In this document: positions 16,354 through 25,700 of the stretch, piece by piece
Layout of the letters: the number at the start of each line of letters is the position of its first letter
Numbering within the stretch: position 1 is the stretch's first letter
Virus record (IMG/VR): IMGVR_UViG_3300036772_000333
Location: 1 to 56,983 of that record
Length of the DNA: 56,983 bases
Strand: one strand, 5' to 3'
Source: a virus
Lineage: Duplodnaviria > Caudoviricetes
Notes under the pieces: model-generated
Seen by the model: the letters and a program-made list of their open reading frames with translations, nothing else
Told to the model about the DNA's origin: nothing
Databases searched by the model: none
Made by a program: the position numbers and the translations under genes

Positions 16354-17960
16354 GCCGTCTTTCTGTTTGCTTCCATCAACTTCGATACCTGCAACTTCGT
16401 GCTGCCCGCTGGAATCACGATACCTTCACGTTTGCACTGGTCAATCTGGCCCTGCGTCGGGTGCTCGGTCTTCGCGCGACGGATTCGTCGGCCAGTCTCG
16501 AAGTTCTGCACCTCGCGCGAGGGCGGGGCTGATACCTTGTCCAACTGGTTGGGCCAAACTCCGAATTTCTCCCGATAGGCGTGGGCTGCCCACCCGTCCT
16601 GGTGTCCGCGAGACCGGGCGATATGCAGCAGCCCGGAGTAGAACTCCTGTTTGGTCGCCATCGTCGCTTTGGGCTTGGTCGACTTCGATCCCCACTCCAC
16701 CAACTCCCCATCCTCAACGGTGACGCCGCTGAGCATCAGTTGCTCCGCCTTGCACCCTGGGCATATCCGCTCCCCCTTCGCCATGACCATGCCACATTTC
16801 GCGCACTTCTTCGGCTTAGGTGCCGGTTTGTCCTTCGATTCTGCCGACTTATCCGTCTTCTTCTGGCAATTCATCGTATCGTGGTGGATGTCAGTCACCA
16901 TGCCAAGGCGCAGGGTGTTGCCGGCATGGTCGAGGATCAGGAGTTCTCGTTTTTCAGGAGCTGTGCGGAGGCCTCGGCCAATCTTTTGTACGTGCTTGAT
17001 TTCACTTTTCGTGGGTGCTGCGTCAACAATGCATCGCACATCTTCATCCACTCCTGTAACGAGACACCCGACGCTTGCAATAATTTTATCGCTGCCTTCT
17101 CGAAACCTGCGGAACGTATTTCTTCTATCATCATCATCTGAATAGGCGTCAATGTATCCACAACTAATTCCGGCATCGTGAAACTCCTTCTGCAGAGATT
17201 GAGCATGTTTGCATTCAACGGCAAAGAGGAACGTAGGCAGGCCCGCAGCCCTCTCCTGCCACGTCTTGACGATGTCAGCCACCAGTACCGGCTTATCCAT
17301 CGCCTCCGAAAGTTGGTGCTCGTTGTAATCGCCTGCTGTTATTTTCACCTTCGACAGGTCAGCCTCTTGCTGTGGGGCGTAGATGCGAAACGGCACCAAA
17401 TGACCTTCATCGATGAGCTGCTGCGTCCGTGCGGCTACGATCAGCTTCGTCCATCGCAACCCCATACCCTTAGCCCAAGGCGTGGCTGACAGGCCGATGA
17501 CGATCTTATCTTTCCACTCCTCGGAGTCGAGGATTTCGTTGAGTTTGTCCCACTGGTTGTGACACTCATCGATGATGACGAAGTCAACCTCCGGCACTGC
17601 CCGACGGATCAGCGTCTGGACGCTGGCAATCTGCACCGGTTGCAGCCAATCCGTGCGCTCGTGCTTCGCCTGGATCACCCCGATGCGATGGATGCCTTCC
17701 GCCTCAAACGCCTTCAGAGTCTGGTTGACCAGATTGATGGCAGGGCAGGTGAACATCGCACGGTTGCCCTTGGCGACCGCCCCAGAGAGGATGTGCGCGC
17801 TCAACAGGGTTTTCCCGAACCCTGTAGGGGCTTGCACGACGATGCGCTTATGACCGGCTTTGACGGCGTCGCGGATCATCGGGATGCAGGCAGCCTGCCG
17901 GGGGCGCAGAGGGCGGAGCTTGCCCTCTGGTTCCACCCCGAAAAGGGAGTTTTGCTTCAT
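16350..17960 (-). CDS. SF2 DEAD/DEAH-box helicase with C-terminal Zn ribbon
   Basis: APTGFGKT, DECH, SAT, QKIGRGLR, CxxC...CxxC. Confidence 0.95.
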   Translation of the reverse strand: MKQNSLFGVEPEGKLRPLRPRQAACIPMIRDAVKAGHKRIVVQAPTGFGKTLLSAHILSGAVAKGNRAMFTCPAINLVNQTLKAFEAEGIHRIGVIQAKHERTDWLQPVQIASVQTLIRRAVPEVDFVIIDECHNQWDKLNEILDSEEWKDKIVIGLSATPWAKGMGLRWTKLIVAARTQQLIDEGHLVPFRIYAPQQEADLSKVKITAGDYNEHQLSEAMDKPVLVADIVKTWQERAAGLPTFLFAVECKHAQSLQKEFHDAGISCGYIDAYSDDDDRRNTFRRFREGSDKIIASVGCLVTGVDEDVRCIVDAAPTKSEIKHVQKIGRGLRTAPEKRELLILDHAGNTLRLGMVTDIHHDTMNCQKKTDKSAESKDKPAPKPKKCAKCGMVMAKGERICPGCKAEQLMLSGVTVEDGELVEWGSKSTKPKATMATKQEFYSGLLHIARSRGHQDGWAAHAYREKFGVWPNQLDKVSAPPSREVQNFETGRRIRRAKTEHPTQGQIDQCKREGIVIPAGSTKLQVSKLMEANRKTA

Positions 17961-18589
17961 GAGAGACTCGCCCTCAGTTGTTCGTTCAGTTGGCTAGTAT
18001 GAGTGGTAGGTTTCGGGTTTTCGAGGTACCGTAAGGCGAAGTCCTTGAATTCTAGCGCCAGATTCATGCAGTCTTCGGTCATGTCGGGATACCGGAACTG
18101 CTCCAGCCGGTGCATGGCGTGAACACAGTAGTTTCTGGGTTCGTCCATCTCCTTCATCTCCCAAACGTTCCAGATAAATCGGTCTGCGCCGAAGATGTCC
18201 ATGTAGAAGCGATGCTGGAAGCCGTCAAGATAGTTCTCCGCGTCGAATCGTTCGGTCGTCTTGTCGTCCCACATCGTACTCCCTGCAAACGCATCCGTCT
18301 GCCCCGAAATCGTGATGCCGCCGTAGTCCTTGAAACGCCGAACCTCACGCATTGGAGGCCGGTATAAATGGAACTCTCCGGTGAAGTGGAAGGTATAGCC
18401 GTCCTGCGATGCGGAGGTAAACTCCTGGCCGACCTTGACGTGCTCCAGTATCTTGTGGAAGGCGGTTCCTTTGCGCATCGCTTCGGTCTCTTGGCTATGG
18501 AGGATGTCGTTGATCAGGAAATCGACCCCGACATCCTCCATCTGCTGCCAGCGATGGAAGGTGCACACATTGGATACACGGTAAATCAT
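17957..18589 (-). CDS. PD-(D/E)xK exonuclease (recombination partner)
   Basis: GTAFH, SGQTD...DDKTT, Q..FY; adjacent to the Sak4-like gene. Confidence 0.75.
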   Translation of the reverse strand: MIYRVSNVCTFHRWQQMEDVGVDFLINDILHSQETEAMRKGTAFHKILEHVKVGQEFTSASQDGYTFHFTGEFHLYRPPMREVRRFKDYGGITISGQTDAFAGSTMWDDKTTERFDAENYLDGFQHRFYMDIFGADRFIWNVWEMKEMDEPRNYCVHAMHRLEQFRYPDMTEDCMNLALEFKDFALRYLENPKPTTHTSQLNEQLRASLS

Positions 18590-19485
18590 GCTGCCTCCGT
18601 ATAGAGGCCCGACTTCTTGTCTGCCTTATAGCCACGGCGCTTGGCTTCCTCCGCCGCAAATGTAGTGAACTCCTTACCGTGATTTCCTTCCTTCATCAAC
18701 GGAACGATGTTGCTGTTGAAGAGGTCAAGCGTGTCGTTCTCTCCCATGACGGCGGTCCACTGTTCGGCCTTCTGCGTAGCCTCAGCCTGTTCGGAGGTCA
18801 TCTTGTTGATGCTTCCCTTGATCTGAGCGATAACGTCCGCGAGATAGTGAGGGTTTTTATCGGGGTGAGGAAAGGCCATCTTCGGCAACTGCGCGGGGTT
18901 TTTTCCGAATCCTCCCTCACGCGGATCGAAGTTGAGCGCACGAGTTCCGTCTGGCTGGACGAAGAGCCGTGCCATCGCATCGGAGGACTTGTAAATCTCG
19001 TTCTTGCTGGCACCCTGTGCGTCGATGCGCTCGATGAGGTCGTCACCGTTTTTGTCCTCCTGCATGTGGCAGATAAGCACTAAGTCCTTACCGAGGGACC
19101 GAATAAAGTTCTGCCATGCTGCAAAGCGGGACTTCAACTCGCCGTAACCCTGGAGCGATAACGAACCACCGCGCCCCATCTTGGGATTACCGGCAATGAT
19201 GTCCATGCTGATGGCGTCGAGCGCGCGTCCGGCGGTATCCACAATGAGCGTGTTGTAGGGCGCTAGGTCTTCTGCAGTCATCTGAGCAACATCGGCCCAC
19301 TTCTGGACAACAACCGAGTCTTTGCGGTTCTGTGCACGGTAGGAGCCTTTGTCGAAGTCGAGCATGAGCGGCTTATCTGCAGTAAATGCGAGAGAGGACT
19401 TGCCGAGTCCCGGCGCTCCGTACAGGGTAAGCGTGATGTGGTCAATCGTCATAGCTTCTGACGCCGCAATGATCTTGAGTGCCAT
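18586..19485 (-). CDS. Sak4-like AAA ATPase single-strand annealing recombinase
   Basis: YGAPGLGKS, DFDKG, IVDT, LICH; GGAGG RBS before ATG 19485. Confidence 0.85.
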   Translation of the reverse strand: MALKIIAASEAMTIDHITLTLYGAPGLGKSSLAFTADKPLMLDFDKGSYRAQNRKDSVVVQKWADVAQMTAEDLAPYNTLIVDTAGRALDAISMDIIAGNPKMGRGGSLSLQGYGELKSRFAAWQNFIRSLGKDLVLICHMQEDKNGDDLIERIDAQGASKNEIYKSSDAMARLFVQPDGTRALNFDPREGGFGKNPAQLPKMAFPHPDKNPHYLADVIAQIKGSINKMTSEQAEATQKAEQWTAVMGENDTLDLFNSNIVPLMKEGNHGKEFTTFAAEEAKRRGYKADKKSGLYTEAA

Positions 19486-19516
19486 GTTTCCTCCAGTGTT
19501 CCGTCTTCTGGATACG

Positions 19517-19545
19517 ACTGTACGCGAATGGTTCTTGCTTGTCAA
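19517..19545 (-). promoter_or_regulatory. sigma70 promoter of the recombination/replication operon
   Basis: TTGACA-17 nt-TACAGT. Confidence 0.8.
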
Positions 19546-19553
19546 GCAGGGAA

Positions 19554-19596
19554 AATTGCTCATTTTCTCACTAATTCATTTGCAAAATGAGCAATT
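19554..19596. repeat. Perfect 13-bp inverted repeat with 17-nt spacer
   Basis: AATTGCTCATTTT (19554-19566) / AAAATGAGCAATT (19584-19596). Confidence 0.85.
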
Positions 19597-19626
19597 CGGT
19601 CCGATACTCTGTGGAAGGAGAACCCC

Positions 19627-19995
19627 ATGAAATTAGCCTCTATCCTACTCGCTGGCGCTCTGCTTGCCCCGTTGGGATGCAAGACTGCCAGCGCACCCGC
19701 CGCCCCTCCGGCACCCGGCTACCTCAACGCGCAGGATCAAATCATCGGACAGGCGCTTGCCTCGCTCGATACCTTCGTGCGACAGGCCACCGCCGACTAT
19801 GCCACCCTTACGCCGGCACAACAGGCTTCCGAGAAGTCGGCACTCAATAACATGGTGACTGCTGTCAACATCGCCAACTCGCTCTATCTTGCCTATCACA
19901 ACGGCACATCGACTGAAGCTCAGGCTCAAACAGCCTTGGTTACGGCGCAATCGGCTCAGACCAATTACACGAGTGTCGCGGGGGTAAAACAGTGA
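19627..19995 (+). CDS. Lipoprotein
   Basis: AAGGAG RBS; MKLASILLAGALLAPLG|C lipobox. Confidence 0.85.
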   Translation: MKLASILLAGALLAPLGCKTASAPAAPPAPGYLNAQDQIIGQALASLDTFVRQATADYATLTPAQQASEKSALNNMVTAVNIANSLYLAYHNGTSTEAQAQTALVTAQSAQTNYTSVAGVKQ

Positions 19996-20345
19996 ACTTC
20001 CTTCCTATCATCGGTATCTTCGCCAATATCGTTCTGCAGGCAGTCGGTGCGGCCGGCGTACTTGCTCCGGCTACGACGAATCTCATCGAATCGCTCATCG
20101 GCAATATCTCCCCACTCATCGCCACGCTCTTCAGCGGCCAGCCAAAGGTGCAGGATGTGCTCGCAGTCTTGGCGGGTCTCTCCGCGATCATCACGACGCT
20201 TGAGCAGGATACCAACCTACCCGCCGACCGTTTGGCGCGTCTAAAGTTGCTGGACGGCGAAGTCTCTGCGGCAATCTCTGCCTACGTCAAAGCTGGAGCC
20301 GGATTCGATGCGACAACATACACTCAGATTTCTCCAGTGGATTAG
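19992..20345 (+). CDS. Amphipathic/membrane-associated protein
   Basis: GTGA coupling; hydrophobic helices. Confidence 0.75.
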   Translation: MNFLPIIGIFANIVLQAVGAAGVLAPATTNLIESLIGNISPLIATLFSGQPKVQDVLAVLAGLSAIITTLEQDTNLPADRLARLKLLDGEVSAAISAYVKAGAGFDATTYTQISPVD

Positions 20346-20364
20346 AAGTCTATGGAGCGTGCCT

Positions 20365-20541
20365 ATGCCCCATCATCACAAGCCGGATCGGTCCGAAGAA
20401 ATTCAGGAGAAAATCCTAGAAACCGATAGGGAAATTCTCAAAGAATTGCGTAAGATCGAGCATGACGTACACCCTCACCGCTACACTATTTTGATCCAAC
20501 AGGAGCATCACACATGGCTATCCAGAACGGAATTATCGTAG
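20365..20541 (+). CDS. Small coiled-coil hypothetical protein
   Basis: GGAG RBS; fills the operon gap. Confidence 0.5.
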   Translation: MPHHHKPDRSEEIQEKILETDREILKELRKIEHDVHPHRYTILIQQEHHTWLSRTELS

Positions 20542-20843
20542 GTTCCACCGGAACCTTCTCCGCCACCCTCCAGGACAACGGAGCCACTATCGCCCTACCC
20601 GCAGGATCAACCTATGCATGGACCTCGCTCGATCCAGAAGTAAGCTTTGATACATCGGCAGACCCGACTGGAGCGTCTGTTGTTGTCACTGTTGCGGCAG
20701 CGGATACGTCGCAGGACGTGACCATCACCGCGACCGCGACTGCTCCCGACGGCAACCCCGCTACGGGCAGCCTCACGTTCCCCGTACTGCCTGTAGCACA
20801 GAAGTTCACGATCCTGGTTCAACAGACCGGACCGACAGTCTAA
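20514..20843 (+). CDS. Ig-like beta-sandwich protein
   Basis: AGGAG RBS; alternating beta-strand pattern (W.S.DP, VTITATAT). Confidence 0.7.
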   Translation: MAIQNGIIVGSTGTFSATLQDNGATIALPAGSTYAWTSLDPEVSFDTSADPTGASVVVTVAAADTSQDVTITATATAPDGNPATGSLTFPVLPVAQKFTILVQQTGPTV

Positions 20844-20880
20844 AACGCAGGAGGTGCGATCAAAATGCAGTAAAACAGAT

Positions 20881-20900
20881 GGCCTCCCTTCGGGGAGGCT
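20881..20900. terminator. Hairpin between convergent operons
   Basis: GGCCTCCC-TTCG-GGGAGGCT. Confidence 0.75.
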
Positions 20901-20907
20901 TCTGGGG

Positions 20908-21093
20908 TTAACGGAGACAGGGATTGGTGTGGGCGCCCCAGCCCATTCCGGGTAAGAATCCGATAACGTAGATGATCACGATCAGGCACAAGACAATACG
21001 GATAATCATGGCGAGCGTAGCGTCCATCGGGATCAGGCTGACCATGTACATCAGGACCGCGAGGACGATAAGTGCGACGAGGATTCCGATCAT
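20908..21093 (-). CDS. Small 2-TM membrane protein (61 aa), lysis module
   Basis: AAGGAG RBS; MIGILVALIVLAVLMYMVSLIPM... Confidence 0.75.
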   Translation of the reverse strand: MIGILVALIVLAVLMYMVSLIPMDATLAMIIRIVLCLIVIIYVIGFLPGMGWGAHTNPCLR

Positions 21094-21097
21094 GGAT

Positions 21098-21412
21098 TTA
21101 CTCCTTGGGTGCTGAGGAGTTGGATGCACTCTGGGAGACAACCGGCTTGGCCGCTGGATCGTCCGGTACGGGGTGCGCGGGAACAACCTGTGGGGTAGGG
21201 TTACCTGGAACCACAGCGAGCGTCTTATCGGCGTCCTGCGTGATGAGGCCGATCCAGATTTTCCCGATAATCTGTACCGCTCCGAGACCCAGGACATACT
21301 TTGCCGGGATCAGGGCGTTCAGGGGCGGGGCGAGAAAGGCAGCCGAGGTCGCCATTGTCGCGGTGAGGATGCTTGATACGGTTGATTTCCAGCTTTCTCC
21401 GAGAACGCTCAT
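21098..21412 (-). CDS. Putative holin
   Basis: SWKST...2 TM...QDADK; coupled to the endolysin. Confidence 0.65.
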   Translation of the reverse strand: MSVLGESWKSTVSSILTATMATSAAFLAPPLNALIPAKYVLGLGAVQIIGKIWIGLITQDADKTLAVVPGNPTPQVVPAHPVPDDPAAKPVVSQSASNSSAPKE

Positions 21413-21849
21413 AGTTCCTCCATAGGGGTGTCAAATAGTGATTTTTCAGCCAACCGTCGACGGACCAGGCCGTCGCTGACCTTGCCATCGATTTTATTCC
21501 ACATCAGCATCGCATTCGAGGCTCCGAGGTAGTCCTTTGAGAGCAGGAGGCGGCGAGCGGTGGAGTTCTCGAAATTTCCCGGTCCGATGTTGTAGATGAA
21601 GGAGATCAGCGCGTCCCATTGGTGCTGGTTGAGCGGGACGCCAACTGCGATCTGGAGGGCGAGGTCGAAGTGGCCGAGATCGGCGTCTAGTTCATCATCG
21701 GCCTGTTGCTGCGTCCATACATCGCCCATCTTCACGCCCTGAGTATGCCCCCAGCCGATCGTGGGGATCCCATTCCCATCTCTATACGCGGTGAGCCGGC
21801 AGCCTTCGAATTGTTGAACTAATTTCGTCGCAACCTGTGAGTGTTCCAT
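21409..21849 (-). CDS. Endolysin, GH24 lysozyme
   Basis: FEGCRLTAYRD..G.PTIGWGHT; DALISF.YN.G; GLVRRR.AE. Confidence 0.95.
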   Translation of the reverse strand: MEHSQVATKLVQQFEGCRLTAYRDGNGIPTIGWGHTQGVKMGDVWTQQQADDELDADLGHFDLALQIAVGVPLNQHQWDALISFIYNIGPGNFENSTARRLLLSKDYLGASNAMLMWNKIDGKVSDGLVRRRLAEKSLFDTPMEEL

Positions 21850-21861
21850 TACGATGTCCTC

Positions 21862-22311
21862 ATGCTGCTACGGTTGGCATTGCTCGTCTGGATTCTATCG
21901 CTCATCGGGAACGTGGTGTTAGCGTTATTTCTGGTTTGCTGGCGATATTACATCCAGTGGGGATGGTTGACGATATCGACCATTGCAGCTGTTTTCTGCG
22001 ATTTCCTGCTGTTCAAATGCCACTTCCTCTATAACCCGGCCTATGAGCACTTACGGTTTTTTATCTTCTATGTCTTGTTCTGGGTTCTCGATGCTCTGGT
22101 GATCTGGGAGGCGTATCGGCTTAGGAATAAATTGGTCCAAACGCTGGTAGAGATTCAATTAGGGCTGGCTCTCGCGGGGATGTTGCTGAAGCATCTGCCT
22201 TTCCCGTGGACTGCGTACTACCTTGAACTCTTCGCACGATTCTTTAATCTGATCGTGATAGTTTTGTTGCTAAATATGTTCCACCGAAGGAGCGACTATG
22301 CACCACGATAA
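21862..22311 (+). CDS. Polytopic membrane protein (~5 TM), antisense to the lysis operon
   Basis: Hydrophobic helices; TACGAT 6 nt before ATG 21862 (start uncertain). Confidence 0.7.
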   Translation: MLLRLALLVWILSLIGNVVLALFLVCWRYYIQWGWLTISTIAAVFCDFLLFKCHFLYNPAYEHLRFFIFYVLFWVLDALVIWEAYRLRNKLVQTLVEIQLGLALAGMLLKHLPFPWTAYYLELFARFFNLIVIVLLLNMFHRRSDYAPR

Positions 22312-22402
22312 GCCGAAGCATCCCGATCCCGATCCTAAGCCGATCCAGCCCGAAGATGACACCGAACCAGGGGCACCACCTGATCCACCGCCGCACGGTT
22401 AA
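22298..22402 (+). CDS. Proline-rich 34-aa peptide
   Basis: AAGGAG RBS; MHHDKPKHPDPDPKPIQPEDDTEPGAPPDPPPHG. Confidence 0.6.
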   Translation: MHHDKPKHPDPDPKPIQPEDDTEPGAPPDPPPHG

Positions 22403-22656
22403 ATGATTTTGAAGTGATTCAGAATAATCCCGGTTACCAGGCTAAGGACCGCTACGAGAAGGATGTTTAGCTTTGTCTCGCGGCGGTTCTGGCTTTCCTT
22501 TATATCCATCATAATTTCGTTCACGCTCTTCTCCAATCTATCGAGTCTCGTTACAACCGGAGGGTCGTTAAGACCTTTACCGATATACATATCGATATAA
22601 GTGGAACTACACCTCTCGCGCCATTCCCGCTCTGCTCTCTGCGCCGCTGTTTCCAC
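22399..22656 (-). CDS. Coiled-coil protein with C-terminal TM (XhlA/holin-like)
   Basis: TRLDRLE coiled coil plus terminal TM; GGAGG RBS. Confidence 0.7.
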   Translation of the reverse strand: METAAQRAEREWRERCSSTYIDMYIGKGLNDPPVVTRLDRLEKSVNEIMMDIKESQNRRETKLNILLVAVLSLVTGIILNHFKII

Positions 22657-22751
22657 TCACACATTCCTCCGTTTAGATGCGTACTGGGCCACCTTGCGGC
22701 TGCTACCTATTCCGTAGCTCCTATGTACTGGACAGGCCCTTCCCAAAGCAT

Positions 22752-25700
22752 TTACTGCAATTTGATGTTCCCACTAAACACAGTTTTGCCGCCTACAATG
22801 ATGGTTACATTGGTAGTTATAGTGTATGCCGCTGTCAAAACGGAGGAATTTGTTGAACCCGATTTCGTGGCTAAAGCCATAATGGTCAGGGAGGTGGTTA
22901 CAGGAACGGCCCCCGAATACGCTGTGCCATGCGTGCAGGTTCCGGCAGTGGTCGCCGTGGGAGTCGAGCCGTCTGTGGTATAGCAGATTGTCGCGCCACT
23001 TGTGGTTGAGGCCAGAACAACCGACTGAGCGCCGATATAGATGCCCGCAGGAGGCGTTGCTGTGGGTGTAGCGACTGTAGCACTGCCGGCAAACTGGAGC
23101 GCCCCCTGGGAGGGCGTGGAGGCCCAAGCAACACCAAGATAGTCCGTAGTCTGACCGGAGAGCGCTATTCCAGCAGAGACTGCCGGGGAGCTGCTGGAGA
23201 GGGCCATGTTGTAGTTGTCGAGAGCGGATTCTACGGAGATAGGAGTGGCGGGTTGGCTGGTGACTAGCGGGGAGATCGTAAGGTCATGCGCTCCAACGCA
23301 ATTTGAGGTTGCCGCCGTGTAGTTATAGCAGGTGTTGTAGTCCTCGAGAGAAGGACCAAGCTCGGGCCACATGTGAGGCGTAAGACCAGAGTTGTAGTTA
23401 GAATCCCCGTATCCGATGAAGACGTTATCTCTGTAGTCGGCAACATAGCCTGCCCCTAGATTGGGATTTACCTGATTCTGCGGAAACGCTGTCTGGACTT
23501 GGTTATCGAAGCTCTCAGAGTAGTTCACCAGAGTATTGTGGTAAATCTTCGCCACCGTGGTCGAGGCTGGCGTGGTTGGGACGATGACGAAGTAGGTGTT
23601 AGACGGGTTTGTAGGATAGGCCGAGCTGATCGTCCAGTGGGAGTTGTCGGTCTTTGTGGCTACGGTTCGGGCGTAGGTGTGGTAGTCGGAGGTGTCGGGG
23701 ATGAGGGTTTGGCCTACAGTGATTCCAGTAGTTCCCGAAGTTGAGGTGCAAGCGGTAGCCGTGCAACTAATATCTCTTGCGTAATCGCTGCTTGTCGAGT
23801 TGAAGACAAGGGTGGCGTTGGTATTGGAATTGACTCCATTAGCTGTTCCAGCGCGGCAATAGTCTGAAAGATTAGAGTTGAATCCAGACCCCATTCCCGT
23901 AATTGCCGCAGACATGCGATTGCATCCCGATACGATAATGTTATTGAAGACATTGACGGCCGTGTTAGGTCCGACTTTGATGTTTCCGCCGTTGTTGCCG
24001 TAGAAGAATCCATTGGTGAAGGTCTCCGTGCCGCCATGGGTGTGGCCCAAGTCTACACCATCCTGCGTGTTGTAGATGGCAAACATGTGGTCCGCAATCC
24101 AGTTGATCGGACCGGTTACGGGGGTGCCTACACCATCACCATACCCTCCGGTTGACTGTGATGTGCAAGCTCCTGAGCCGAACGGGATAGCATCCACCAC
24201 CGGGTATTCTTCGGCGCATCCGTTGAAGACAATTCCAAGGTAAGACGATGTGACGGTACCATTTGAAGCCTGACTTCCGCCCGGATCGAAGTCCCACCCA
24301 GCCTGACTATTTCCTTGGATAACGACTCTCGTAACGTTCCACTGGCCTCCGATATTGCCGAGAATCCCTCGCGACTGGAAGCCGTGAATCTTCATATCGG
24401 TGAGGTTGATGTCTGAATTGGTTGGAGTCGTAGAGTTGCCGGAGTAGATACCATAAGAGGCCCAATCGGTTCCGCTACAGGAAGGGCCGCCCGAAGCTCC
24501 GCAGGGAGAGTGATCGGAGAGGTCGATGCAGGCCATGCCGATATGCTGGGTGTCTTGGACGGAGAAGGCAAAGAAAGCTCCCGCGCCAGCCCATAGATAG
24601 GACGTATTCGCCGGGTCCGCGCCTTGATACTGATAGAGCGATGAAGTGGTGTTGAATGCCTGTTGAGTCGTATGGCATGACCCGAAGTGCTCTCCTTCAA
24701 GCATCGTGAGGTTGCTTGTACTGGTACCGGCCGGGAGTGCAGGAGGGGTGCAGGTGGTCCCGATTCCAGCGCAAGGGTTGCCGGCAGAGGAGTTCGATGA
24801 ACCGGCAATCTGGCATGGGCTGCTGGAGGTGCAGTTCTTGAAGATCACTGTATCGCCGCCGTTCATAACCCAAACGCCGGGGTTCTGGAAGTTCAGCCAG
24901 TCATCCCAGAGAGAGCGGGCATCGGCAAAGGGGCAGGATTGGTTATGCGCCCCACCTGAGTTATAGGCGGTGGTCGCGAGGCCGTTGCAGGAGGCCGCAG
25001 AAGGGGCTGCGGTACTGGTTCTTGGGCCGCCGTTCACGGGATCGACGTACCAGGTCAAGTGAATCACATACGCAGCCGTGAGCACCGAGGAATTTATATC
25101 GCCCGACAGCGTTCCGATGGCCTTGACTGTGGTCGAAGTGGAAAGAGTAAAGGGTGCGCTGTAGGTAATCGCTGGAGAGTCACAGGTTCCCGCAGTTGTG
25201 GCAGTCGGGGCTACTCCGTCGAGGCGATAGCAGATCGTGGCGCCGGAAGTCGTTGTTGCCAGCGTGATGGTCTGAATTGAGGTATACGTTCCGGCCACAG
25301 GAGAGGCAGTAGGAGTTGCTACCGTTGCCGTCGAAGGAAACTGATACGCGCCGTCATCCCAGGCCCCAGAGGAGGGAGCTACATTCCCGTCTGGATCGAC
25401 GTTATACGGTGAACCAAGATTGACCCCGATTGCATGAAGTACGGTTGAGTTCGACAGAAGATGCGCATCGCCTCCGGTTGCGTTGACGAAAGGGTTCTGC
25501 GTCGAGTTGTTGTAAGTGATGTTCCCGGTGCCGGTGGGGGCTGAGAATCCGCCGTAGGTGGTGTAGTTATAGGCATCGTGGTCGTTGGTGATGACCCCGC
25601 CCGTTCCGGCGTTCGGCAGCGAGTTCGAGACGTAGTAGAAGACGTTGTTTTGATTGATGATGTTGGTGAAGGTCGAGCCGTTGTCGGAGATAAAGGCGCA

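Noticed and set aside
15266-16723. 485-aa plus-strand ORF (likewise 39837-41372, 55169-56359 and other long overlapping ORFs)
   Set aside because: Antisense or alternative-frame shadows of well-supported genes in GC3-rich DNA
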